A stretch of DNA of 64,000 nt from Euprymna scolopes (lineage: Eukaryota): the NCBI GenBank assembly GCA_053919585.1, contig CM132785.1, one strand, 5' to 3'. Below are positions 1 through 14,400 of the stretch, in pieces. Numbering within the stretch: position 1 is the first letter of the stretch; the number at the start of each line of letters is the position of its first letter. Position numbers and translations under genes: made by a program. The notes beneath the pieces are model-generated. The model was not told the origin of the DNA and ran no database searches. It saw only the letters and a list, made by a program, of their open reading frames with translations.

Positions 1-420
1 TTTGGTNNNNNNNNNNNNNNNNNNNNNNNNNNNNNNNNNNNNNNNNNNNNNNNNNNNNNNNNNNNNNNNNNNNNNNNNNNNNNNNNNNNNNNNNNNNNNN
101 NNNNNNNNNNNNNNNNNNNNNNNNNNNNNNNNNNNNNNNAAAAATAGTATAGATCAAGATGAATTGCTAGTACACTCAATTCATTCAAAGAAATATTCCT
201 CACCAGTTATACATCGTATTTTAACCCGCTGTAACATTGTAAAACAAAGTGCATGGTTTTACATTGTTGTAAAGCAATTACATACTTACTATACGTAAAA
301 CTTAATACAATTTTCATACATAAATGCTGCAATACACAAACCTTACTAAAAGCTAGAAATATAATGAATAGCATTGGAAGCCGAAATAAATCGAGAGAAA
401 TGGTTTAAAAACAAACTAAC

Positions 421-597
421 CTCTGTCAGGTCTGTTTAATAGGGAGTCCATATTGTCTCGAATAAATTCGATATCTGACCACAGTTCAGAATGACCAAGT
501 GACAAACATTCATCAACGCTTTGTTCTAGGGCATGACGATCGTTTTGTCTTACATTGGCCATCAGTTTTTCACGCTGTTTTTCGACATTCTTACAAC
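421..597 (-). CDS. Repeat exon, divergent Cys-type (177 nt)
   Basis: TAG|GT..G|GTTAGT; [59 protein letters not shown]. Confidence 0.85.
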
Positions 598-1008
598 CTA
601 TCAACCAAATAAAATTCTAAGTAACAGAAAAAAAATGTGGTATAGATAACAGCCCTATAAAGCTAAAAGAGAATTGACAAGTCTAATATCTTGTTCAGCT
701 TTTAAGATTTTATTGGTACAACATCGGGTAATTCTATTATTATAGAGCTATTACTTCAAAGTTATTATTTTAAAATGTGTGCAGTACTTTTCAAAATAAT
801 AATAAAAATTGCAACAGAAAATGCTTTTTTTTAATGGATTAACGATATCAAAAGAAACGTTTAAGAACCTTTCAAAAATATTTAGAACATCATATATTAT
901 AACTTCTAATTTGATGAGTAAATCTTAAATCTATTTGATGGGTTATATGCATTCTTATTACGCTAGCCGTAGATATTTATTAATATAGACATATGCTAAG
1001 GAATTCCT

Positions 1009-1077
<69 letters not shown>

Positions 1078-1983
1078 GACGGAGAGGGAGGGAAAGAAAG
1101 AGAGGGGGGAGACTAAAGGAAAAAATATTTTAGAATCTATATTTGTTAAAATCAGGCGGTTTCCTCTCAGTCTCGAGAAACAGTGGATACAACCTGTAAC
1201 GATGTTTGTGCAGGACTTGTTTTATTAATGAACGGTTGCACAATCTTCAACCACATCTCTCTTGAACAAGCATTGCTATAGTCTAGTGATAAGGAGATGT
1301 CAAAGGAGAACGGCAACAATATCAGGATAAGTAGAGAACCTTCTCACATACAACACTTGATATTCTTAAATGGTCGCACATTTAGTACTTGACTCCAGTG
1401 ACCTAACAGGAACCCATATGTAAACGGAATCATATCGTATTCAAATAACAAATACAACATTAGATTTATTAATCCTATGCATCCTATGCGTAGATGTAAG
1501 GCAAATTATACACAAAATAAAATTACAATAAAATCATAGCTGTTTAAGCGTAAACAGTTTCTTTGCTCACAACGTAATCAGTAGGAACTTGAATAAAGTG
1601 TATTTTGCGTTCACAAAAGCCATACAGAAGAATAAAATTAAAATTCAGCCATCGTCTTATCACGCATATACGTATAAGCCCGTATAGGTCAGCAGGAAGA
1701 AGCGCATCATATTAACAATGGATATATTATTTTGCTTAAAAGATTAGAAGAATTACCGCGAGATACAAAGATTGCTTATATAAAAATTACTTATAACGAT
1801 GCACCCATAATTCTGATAAAATCTAGACTTGAGAGGAATTATTTATTTTAAACGAGGTGTAGTTATGCTACCGAAAAGTAGGTTATTGACGTCTTAAGAA
1901 TTTCAATTATTTTTTGCACGTAATATTTATATACGTTGGATGTATCATCAAATGTATTTCAAGATATATACTTATATATAAAC

Positions 1984-2023
<40 letters not shown>

Positions 2024-3886
2024 AATACGTATCCACGGACATGTGTTTCACTGTTAATAGGCTCATTATGAGATGCAACTCCCCAAGTCTCATGAGAGCT
2101 AATTTACCAGTAATAAAATTATCGCTAAAAATAACANNNNNNNNNNNNNNNNNNNNNNNNNNNNNNNNNNNNNNNNNNNNNNNNNNNNNNNNNNNNNNNN
2201 NNNNNNNNNNNNNNNNNNNNNNNNNNNNNNNNNNNNNNNNNNNNNNNNNNNNNNNNNNNNNNNNNNNNNNNNNNNNNNNNNNNNNNNNNNNNNNNNNNNN
2301 NNNNNNNNNNNNNNNTTGCAAGTTAATAAAGTCGATAAATACCAGCTCGGTATAAATGTAGTTATCAATATAGCTAGTACATATGTGGGTTGCTTGCTTT
2401 ACATTGACAATTCGGAGCTTTAGCTTTTGTGATCTCTTAAAACAACTTCGACATTTAAATAATAAGCGAAACAAGCCATATATCTAATTTTCTGCATCGA
2501 ATACTAAGTAATAAATAAATATTTATAACTTTGCTACATTTTTCCAATACAGAGTTGGATAAATTCTTATTCAAGCTCGATAAAAGAGTCTGCATTAGGC
2601 GAGAGAATCAAAAGATGAATTATTTGCAGAAACTGATCCCAAAAGACATGGGTAATAAAGCGACAGAGTTAGAAGCCGATAAAACAATACTAGCTTAAAG
2701 TGTAACTCTGATAGTTGCGAAAACGTTTAGCACTGTTCAATACTCCGATCAAACAATGTTTAAATGTGTTATTTTTATAGATCGGAAAACGCCTTCAAGC
2801 GATAGAAATCCTGCAAAATAGAAGCTATAAATTGTAAAGAATTGAAAAAGGGAGAAGTCAAGTATGTTTTCTTTAACATGAAAGACTAGTAAAAGCAAAT
2901 CTATCAAATGAGCTGCAATACTGGGGGCAATTTTCAGAAAACAAACTGACCTCCCTTTCCTCCACCTAAAGATTCCAACGTGTCCCGGGCTTCAGAAATT
3001 TGGAAATATAGTTCTGGATATCCAGCTGATTCACATTCCGTAATGACACGTTCAAGATTGACTCGACTCTTCTCTTTGATGGCTGATTGAAGAGCTTCGT
3101 AAAGAGACTCTGGAGATTGAACATCTGAACAAGACAATTGTTACGAATTTAATTCAAAATAGAGGAAAGTTACTTTTTGCAAATTATTCTTAAGCGGCGA
3201 AATTAAAGCAGATGAGATAAAGTAGACGTTTCAAAATTTGAATTATGAACTTAATAGTGTCAATATATTGCTGACTATTACTTTCAAATTAAAAGTATTT
3301 ACATAACGATTGTCAAACATTAAAAAAAATTATAAGTGTAATTATTAAAAACCATTGACAATAAGTAAAATAAAATTTATACAGGTTTTACAAGGCTTTT
3401 TCATTTTCTATAATATTTAATATATTCATTTTTAGTTGATAATTTGATCATTCAAATAAAACGGTCTTACAAACGTTGTAAGCTGAAAACTTTGTTGAAA
3501 CAGATGCATTCTTGAAAGTATTGCAAGTGTATTCCCTGAAAACTTTGTTGAAACAGATGCATGTTGCATCGTTGTTTTAATTGACAAAACAATCGAATTC
3601 AGTTATTAAGGTGGGTTCTATAATTCTTTTCTACCACTTATTTTTTTTTTTTTTTTGCAAAAGTATTTGAAGTATTTTGCTGAGCAACCTTCATTTTTAT
3701 TTATGCAAGCGGTTTTTGCTACATATGCGATACATTGTTCATCTGTAGCTTTATTATTATATGCTTACTCAACCCAATAACTTTTACATTCTAACAAGTT
3801 GGCATGAAGAAGCTTAGGTTAATAGGCTCTACCGAAAACATGTATGTATATATACATCCAAAAACATTTGTATATATCAAGCATTA

Positions 3887-3950
<64 letters not shown>

Positions 3951-6900
3951 GCGTATGTGTTTATTTGGGCGTATATATGTTTTATAAAAATATATAAATT
4001 CTTTAATAGTCTACAAAATGCACAAGATATATCAATAAAAACCAGTTGTTTATTCGTGTTTATAAATATATTGCTTGGTTCTAAACAAATATTAAAACTG
4101 TTTATGAGGTTTTATTGATTCGTTTGTTTCAAAGTAAGAGACGTTAATAAATGGTGTCTTTTTACAGTAAAAGCAGTTTTTGCAAGCAACATAATTTTTA
4201 GATAAAACGTTATTGCCAACCTCCTTGTCTTCCTTCCAGCTTATTAAGGGTTGTTCTGGCCTGTTGTATATCTGAGTCGAGATCCTTAAGGCCAGCGGAA
4301 ATGCAGGAATTTATGATTTGCCGCAGAATTCTCGGGTCTTCTCTATTAACCGCTTCTGTTAGGTGATCGCGCAGAATATCAGCTGACTTACAACCTGCAG
4401 ACGTCGTAATTCAACGGACAAAATAAAATATAACTTTCAATATTGCTATACATACAAGTATTCATTGCTATGCAATATAGACTAGTTTCTAAATTTAAAA
4501 TATTTATATATTAAATTTCTTGTCAGAATCGTTTGTGATGTTTCCTGGCGTGAAAATTTAATCTAAAAAACGATATGAAGTAGCTCAAAAACTATATATT
4601 TTTAAAGATTATGACAAGCTTGACATATTTGCATTAAAATTGATATCAAATAGAAAAAATACACCTTTAAACTTTCGTAATATTAAGTGTTATTATTTTT
4701 ATTTTTTTCTTGAGTTATATAAAACTGACATATTTCTAAGATGAACGTTAGTTACTATAAATCTGGGAAAGAATAAAACGAAAAGATGTTGTTTTAGTGA
4801 GTTACAAAAAACTGCTTTATTCTAAACAATTAAAATATTTATAAACATATTTATTTCACAGCATCTTTCATTTGCCTTACTTCTTTTGTTCTAAATAATG
4901 TTTTATACAACTTAAGATAAAATAAAAAGAATAACACTTAATATTAGGATATTTTAAAGGGGTAATTTTTTTCTATTTTATATTTTCACACTGGCATATT
5001 TCTAAGAAAGAAGAGCTCATTAGTATAAAACTTGAAACGAAGAATGAAAGGCAAATATTTTGTGGATCATATAAAATTAATTTATTCTAAATAATTAAAA
5101 TATTTATAAAAATATCTTTGCCACAACATAATTCTTTTGTTTTAAAGAAATTATTTTAATATAATTCATTGAAAGACTTTACTTTGCTTCTTTTAGTTTG
5201 GCCTCTTCTTCGTTCCAAACTTTATATCGACTATAAAAATGCCAAAATGTGTCGGCTGATTTCCTTATTTCAAAAGATGTATTTTTCCTCATATTTCATA
5301 CGTTATGCTAAATTTATTAGATGAGAAAGAAAAAATCAGTTCAATACTAAAAATAATGACAAATACAAGATACAACATATTTTTATATTCCTATCTAGTT
5401 TCCTCTACACGAGAGCAAAGTTAACTACAAAACCGGTTCTTAATGTGGAAACTCCAGCTTCCCAAAAGAGGGACATTCTGGATTGGAACAAAAAATAAAA
5501 ACTGCGTTAATCTGGATAGACTTCACATTCAGTGAATAGATAAAGTATAGCATCAGAACAAATTTTACACTTTGCTCCTAACCAAAAGGCCAAGGAAGTA
5601 TATTGCTGATGTTAGTTCACACTCCACATGTGTTACTTGTTGGATTTACTTTGTTTATTTAGATTGTTCTATCCATATTGTCTTCAGATTTTTTACTATT
5701 ATTTTTCATTAAGTGATTTTAGATATTAGATTAGCATTTTTAACTTCCTCTTTATGATTTTTATTACTCATCATGGCGCATTAGGTAAATATATAAATAT
5801 GCGCAGATATGTATCACTACATTTAATCTGCGTTTACTGTTTACAGAAATTCTGTGTAATGGGATAATTTATCCAAAAATATATGAAAATATAATGTATT
5901 ATGATATCTCTCAAGATAAGAACAATTTCTCCCGGAGAATCAAAACCTATTTATATGAAACTTATCTACTTCCATATTAAACTCGCGAACTTGAGCTTAC
6001 AACATCTGTTGTGGTATTATGTAAGACATTAAGTTTCGGAATTTTTTTTCTAGATAAGTAATTTTATTATTTATATTATTTGAACTGCTGTTCTCATATT
6101 CAATGTGATTAGTCTTATGTATATTTTGACCTTTTTAAGGTGTGTCTTGTTGAACTTAACAATCTTTATGTTGAACTCTGTACAGAATTTCCCACTGAAC
6201 ACGGGGACACACTGTTCTTATTCCTTCAGCCATAAAGATATAAATATGTGCACATGAACACGTGGCGCAACGGATAAAAGTCGTAATGAAAAACAGTTCT
6301 AAGTGACATTTATTAGTAGGTTGAAGGTTCAATCCCCATTACGGGTGATATTAACTAAAAATAAAGTAAAAATGTTTTACTAAAATAATTTGCCGAACTT
6401 GGCTGAGGAAACATGAACATAATATCCGTGTGGATTAAATAAAGTTTTCATTCTGTAATTTAGTATGGATTTCTGACTTCGACATAAAGATTAGACAAAA
6501 GGAATATAAAAATGATTGGAAGTTACATCGACCAACTAATATACGAGATGAGAACAGTAGTCTGAATAATCCAAATAATACTAAGACTGGTAGACTTTCA
6601 TTCCAAACCTGCAACTTATAACAATTCTATATGCTATCAAATATGCTATAACAATTCTGAATGGTAATCAAATATGTAACCAAATGACTTTTAAAAAACA
6701 ACAAAACGAATTTTTTCTAAAAGTGATTCATTTAGAAGCTCACTTATTGCTTTGTAATTAATATGTGAATATTTTTGAAATTTCAATTAATATTTCAATG
6801 CATGGAGATATATAGTTGTTTCTATTAATGGAGGTAAATAGAAAATATGACGATACAATGACTAAACTTGTGCGTATAAATAAAGCTGACCTTTGTCGGT

Positions 6901-9900
6901 TTCGCCCAATTCTTTAATAACTTCTCGTGCCTCGCGTACATCATTCCCTATTTCGGGATACTCAGAAACTTCACATTCGTAGATGCACTTGTTCAGATCC
7001 TCTGCGTTCTTTGTGTCTATAGCTTTTCTAATTTGTTCACGAAGGTTCAATGAAGATTTATAAACCATGTCGATATCTAGATTGTCAATCAATAAAAAGG
7101 AAGGAAATAACAAAATATGTTAATTCTATGAGAAATCAAAGCTTACACTTTTTAATTCGATAGTAATATAATGATGAGTCAGCCAATAGAATGTCAATTT
7201 TTTATATTTTAAAAAGAATACACAAATTTCAATCAACAATCTGAGCCTTTTCCCCGTGCCATTATGGTGTATAGTGTTTTGTGTTTTTGTTTCATTTCCT
7301 CATAACAAACATAATTCAAGAATATCTTTCAATTTTTTGGTCGTTCTGCAAGTGCTATAATCTTTTTTCTTGATGGTTACATTTAAATAAACATAGCATG
7401 GCTTATTTTAAAATGCCATATATTTTAAAATTCCAAAATGTAATTTCAAAAAGATTCATCTGACAGTCCAATGAATTGTATACATGATTCGACATATAAA
7501 TAATTCTCTCGGCCCAGAACATATCTATATATAATAATAACATCTAATCATCAATATGGAAACAAATAGACGAATAACGTGCATAATGCATCCCCTAATG
7601 ACTAAATAAAAGTAAAACTAAATCTTTGGTCATAAGTCCAAACTTCTATGTTTCTTACAGTGCTTCCTACATTAACTTTACTTTCTTTTTATATTAATGT
7701 CTTTTTTTACTGGTTTCAACTTGTCTGACTTGCGTATATAGACTTTATAGTAAGACTTCAAAATAAGAACAGGTGCTACCAGATTAGGAAGATACCTTCC
7801 TGGCATAAAATGAATCATTGCTTTTTTTCTTTTTTTTTTGCACAACTCAATCATGTTCTGCAAAGCCCAAAACAAAAAGAACAATCCCCTCTACAAAACA
7901 TGCAAAACAAATACCATAAATAAATATTTGAAGATATAAAAATGATTATATTTTGCTTTAAATAACCCGAAAATGATTTATATGCCGTAAAAATTAACAA
8001 CTAAATAAAACCAAACAAAACAAGAATCTTATAAAGCAATAAAACAGTTTGATATAAGTTTTTATAACATATACGATAACTTTTATTGTACGTGATTTAA
8101 TTGAGTTATAAAATATATTAATTTTACTTTTATAAAATTCATAATGATTTGATAATTAATTAAGACTTGATTATCACAAGATACTTCAGCGTATGCCAGC
8201 AAGTATTATGACTAAGAAAAAAGTAAGAGAATGTAGATATTTGGCTTATTTTAACTTGTTTATCTGTTGGGTGCGCGGTGCCAAATCTTAACGTCATACA
8301 TTTCAGTCAGAATTCCTTGAATACGATATACAGTCTCATATTTTACTGAGAACTGGTAATGTAATTACCGAATCATGTTGCCTAATTAAGAGTCGAGGCA
8401 TTTATTTTGAATTCAACGTGGGCTTGTATCAACTTCTCCAAGTTCGACTGTTTTTAAGTGTGCTTTATGGCACACTTAAAACAGTTCGACTGTTTGTAAG
8501 TGTTCTTTATAGCACACTTACAAACAGGTCGACTGCTTTCAAGTGTGATTTATAGCACACTTAACATAAATACAGGTACTTTGTTGGAAAAGAAACTGTT
8601 ATTGAATATTCTTCCTATTTATATGAGTGCAAATAAACATACTATTAATTATTAGAGAGCAAACTATAGTACCTTGCTTTTACTAAGAGAACATTTTGTA
8701 ATATTGTTACGAATGATGTAAGTAGTCATAGAAACGTTCGTTTCTGTTCATATTCAATAAGGTTATAAGTCTAAGGTTTTTAAATTGGTGTTATAATTAT
8801 ATAAAGTGCTTACAGTAATATAAATAAAACATTTTTGATGAATAAACGTAAAAATTATGATAATACATACATCAACAGAACAAGTTAAAAAAGTTCCGTA
8901 TGAATACCATTTCATATTACAAATTATAAAAGCAGAATCACAGCTTAAAAAACAGAATTATCGAAAGGTGTATTTACCTTCTCAATAGATTTCTAAGATT
9001 ACCGAGGAAGATATAAACGGAGAAACAGGTTTTGTATCAACTTCCCGAGTAAAACGTTGACGAAAGAACCTATCATTGATATGATTCTACTCCACCCTTC
9101 CTTGCGAACTGCGCCAATAAAATCTATGGTTGGTTGCGATGTATAACAGATAGTGAGATAATATCTCGTATCATGTTAGTTTGGCTGCGTCTTACCCATA
9201 AAATAAGGAATGGCGGCACGTAATAAAAATTGGCGTTGAAATCGTTAATTATATACGAAATAACTTTCCGTCGTATCAGTGCAAATATAGCGAGTAAAAA
9301 AGGCGTTTATATATGTACAGTTGTTTTGTATTTTTCTTTATACTGGATATATAACTGAATTGCGTAAATAGTTTTTTATATTATAAGATAATATTATAAG
9401 ATGAATACAGCGCGATTATTGGCACTCAATGTAACTAGTATATCTGTTATATGAGAGTTATAATATTAATATTATACATTTTTAGGAAGACTTTTTCCAT
9501 TATAGAGTAGATGCGTGAACGCATTTCGGTCAGTCTTCTTACATTTTGTACATATAAATATATGGAAAAAAATAAAGATATAAATATGCGGTTTATTTAT
9601 GGATAAAGATATATAGATTATGTTTTAAGATTTGGGTAACTTACATGTAAAAGTAGACGTATGTAAATATGTGTATATACATACATTTTGTATGTACATA
9701 TTTATATATTTGTATATTTCTACTGTTTTCATGTTTATATATATATGTGTGTGTGTATGTGTGTGTGTGCGTATTATAAATATATTATAAATTTATGTAT
9801 GTATATAAATATAAATGCTTCATACATAATTACCATAGTAGATTAAATATTTATAGTAAATTATATTTAATATGTGTGTATACCTATATAATTCTTAACA

Positions 9901-12146
9901 CTGTGAAATTAGAAGAAACAGCATATATAATAGTTAATATCCGTGCTTTTGTGTATATATTTGCGCATATATTATCTTAGATAATCTTAGATAAATCAAG
10001 TATATATATATAGAGAGAGATTTAATTCAACTTGCATGTAAAACACCATTTCCAGGAGCAAATGTGATTATCATAGCATGTTCTGCAGCACATGCTTTGA
10101 TAAACTGATTGAGCCGGAAACCACGTGTTATAATGCAAATTCAATTACATCTTTTAACTCGATATATTTTTACATGAATTTACCCTTTATATTCAGCACC
10201 TTTCTCCCATTAATAAATTACATTTATAATTGTATTGATAATAGATGCACATATCAATTAAATTTCACATTCCTATATATGTTTATATAGAGATTTTGCA
10301 GAAAAAATATGTACATACAAATAAATATATAAAATATATATTCTAATTAATAAAGATACATATATATATATATATATATATATATGTTAGGCTAGAATTG
10401 ATTTTAGTTGAAATAAATAAAAAAATATATTTATGTTTATAATTTGTGTTGAGCTTATTCTTCATAAAGACATATATATTATACTATATTAGTGTTCTTG
10501 CCATTATAGACGTTTATATATGTATGCCTGAGATGCGTTTTATTAATATGTACAGTTTAGGACGTGGACCATAATTATTGTGAAATAATCAATGAATGTG
10601 TATATTGTGGTTTTCATTTGACGTTCCGCCTCCTTTATTATGTATGGAGAATGTCTATATGTGGTTTGACATTGTTATGAGTTCCATCGCTGTATTCATT
10701 ATAATATATTGTAAAAAAAAAGTAAATATTCTCAACGTTATACAAAGTTTTACACGGAATCAATGGACTTTAAATAATAATGACAAATTATTAGTAAACA
10801 GTAAATGGGGTTAGTATATATATATTCTTTTTTTTTTCAAAATCAATTAAACAAGAACGAAGACATAGCAATGTATGAATGTCTTTTCCTTTTAATGTAG
10901 AGAATCAAATATCGTTTTCTTCTGTTTTTTTAATGTTTCAAGAAACATTATAAACGAGGACTGAAATATGATTGAAATTTATACAAATGCTGCGACAATA
11001 TGTAGCAATAATATCGTGTTTTCATAGCTGAAAATTAGAAAGTTTTCGCGCAAATAATATAATCACAGGATAATCTTTTTAAAATAGTAATAAAAATCAT
11101 AGTAATTATATTTGATTAAGACGATGTTTACTGGAGCAATAAGAAAAGTTTTCTATTAGATTTGAGATTTACATTAATCTAAGAATCATAAAATTGACTT
11201 GTACTGAATGTGTTTAGTCGAAAGTAAAAATCTCAGAATTCTTCTAAAAACATTTCGCATAACACTTGAAAGTTATAAAAATGTGTATCAATTTTTATAT
11301 TTTAAAACAGTTCAATGGAGAATTTATCTCCTTACGAGAAGGTTAGATATACAGTCAGGTGTGCTTTTGAGAACCCAGTTCACTAGGATAAAGGCAGTAG
11401 TGCCGATAAAATAGACTTGAGCAACACTGTCGGTATACTCAGTAGGGGTGCATCAGGCGATTAGTAATAAACTAATCCCTTCTCAGGTAGAAGGCGAAGC
11501 CTGACAGTTGACATCCTAGGTGTGAACAGAACTACACATTAGCCTGCCAGTAACAAAAGCACTGTTGCAATTCTACGATACAACATGCAAGTTTAATGAA
11601 GAATAAATTTTGAATAAAATGCTTAAATAATTTGCATATATATAAAAAAATTCTGTACAATTTTCAGTAGAATTTTCAATAAAATTGCATAAGTTCTTTC
11701 GATTATAGAACCTGTTTTATCATTGCTATTACGTTAAGACAACACGCGTAAGATTTATTGTAAAACCTTCTTCCGGACTCTGTAAAAAGGGCGGTGTCTC
11801 TTTTAGTGTGTGGTAGTAACAACTGAAATATTCAGACAATTCTTTATATAAAATATTAAAGCTATTTTCGAACAAAATTGTTGCTGCAGATGAGTCAAAA
11901 TTGTGTTGACCTGTGAAAAATATTACAGATTTTAACTATCTACACTTTTTCAGCTTATATCTTTTTGCAGTGGAATTCGCTTTACTTGCCCAGATAGCTC
12001 GATCTTAGTCGAATCAAATCTGGTCACAAGTATACATTGCGTAATTGCGTATCTGCATATACGTAAATACATGCAGAAAAGATAAGACCAAAGGAGACAA
12101 AGTAATTTATATATTAATCTGATAATTCTATACTTTGGCATTCGAA

Positions 12147-12208
<62 letters not shown>

Positions 12209-12543
12209 CACATATCACTCATACAAACGTATATATATATATACGCATATATATAAATATATATATATATATATATTTATATGTATATATGGTATTAAAA
12301 TGTATTATGGCAAGTAAGCTGTACACAAACGGTTATTTACTTATCTAAGGTAAACATCAGGCTAATTGCCTTGTGATTCCACGGAGAAACATCGAAAAAC
12401 ATATACAGTATAACTCATTGTCATAAGTATATTTTCATAACACTGCTAAGCTCTACTAACGTATTGTACTAAAAGTACTGCTGAAGTAAATATTGAATAT
12501 ATATATATACACGGAATGTATTATTTTATTTTATAATATATTA

Positions 12544-12591
<48 letters not shown>

Positions 12592-12656
12592 ACATGAAAG
12601 AATAATTATACATGTGTGCGTGCGTTTGTGTATGTGTGTGCGTTTCCTCACATTGA

Positions 12657-12736
<80 letters not shown>

Positions 12737-14328
12737 AAAATAGTACACCTGTAAATTATGATTTTATCTTAATTTTTATTTCGGGCAGTCGTCTGCTCTT
12801 TATCAAAACTCTTTTTACTTTAAATTGAACTTTTTATAAACATGTACACATCAGACACGTTTACGTGATTTATTTCATTGCGGCATTACCTTCGTATCTT
12901 ACGTCTTTCTTTAGATGAAGAAAAACAAAACAAAAATGGAAATATCACATTATTTTGACGAAGACCTGTTCGAAATATTAAAACGATACTAACACCTAGC
13001 ATGTAGACGCTTTCATGTATATAGTAGTTTCTTTTTCATTTAAAAAAAAAATGTGAGGAAATTCATTATTTTTAGACGAGAAGAACATTCACACGTGTGG
13101 ATGCGTACGTGTGGATGCGTACGTGTGTGTGTGTGAGAGAGAGGGAGAGAGAGAGAAAGAGAGAGAGAGAGAAAGAGAGAGATGGGTATAACGAGAGAGT
13201 GCAACAATTTGAAGCTAAAACGCTACTGAACTTAAAGAATGTGAAAACGATATTCATTATGGAAGCGAAACGTTTAACAAAATTCGGTTAGATAATCAGA
13301 GATATCGCAGGGAACTGTGAAAGGAGCGCTAGAACAATCTTTCTCTTTTGCAACAGCTTGTAATCATCTCATATTCCAACTGGCAGAGATATTTACCGTC
13401 TCGACTGGGACTACCACACCCTGCCGAGTTGCGCATCTTATGTAGGACAGATGAGCACCAACTTCCTACACAGAAGTATCAAATTTCTGGCGACTATATA
13501 TATATATATTTAGAATTTTGCTATTTCTTATATATACTTATATTATAAAATAATTTATTACACATATATTTTTTCTTTCAGTATTTACTCCAACTATGTT
13601 GGCTAGAGCATAGTAGGGGTGTAAAACGCACTTATGGCAATAAAGCTACGCGGAAACGTTTATGTTTTATTATCGATAAAAATCATCAGGCGTAATACAT
13701 TTAGTCCGATGATTTCACGGGGTAATGAAGCACATATATTTCGCTGTAGCTAAAATATTTTAAGTAGATGTTTTGCAGTATTTACTCCAATAATGCTCAA
13801 TGCGTTAGCAGAGCTCAGTTGTCATATAACAATATACTTATGACAGGTAAGCTTAACGTAATAGTATATGTTTCGTTACAGAAAAGGAATTACCAGGTTA
13901 AATGCATTCAGCCCGATCATTTTCCCAGGGAATGAAACAAAGGTTTCGGGGTAGCCTGCTTGCCATAAGTATATTTTGTATTATACATTTATATATGTGT
14001 GCGTGTGTTTAATTTAGTATTATGTTCATATACATGTATGTAAAAATGTTATAAAATAGTAGATTATTCATTTTCACTATTTACTTCAACAGTGCTAAAT
14101 ATCTGAGTAGAACCTAGTAATATGAAATCATACTTATGGCAAGTAAACTACACAGAAACGTTACGTTTCATTCCCGGAGGAAATCATACTATACACACAT
14201 ACAGACACACGCACGCACACTCACTCACGCACGCACATTACTAAATATGTATATATACATATTTCGTCTTAAAGCGCTTGTTTTTGTAGCAACACTGAAT
14301 AGTTGTGATACGGTGAAACAGTTCCTAG

Positions 14329-14400
<72 letters not shown>

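Noticed and set aside
8441-8565. CRISPR-like repeat array
   Set aside because: No unique spacers, eukaryotic intron context and no cas genes.
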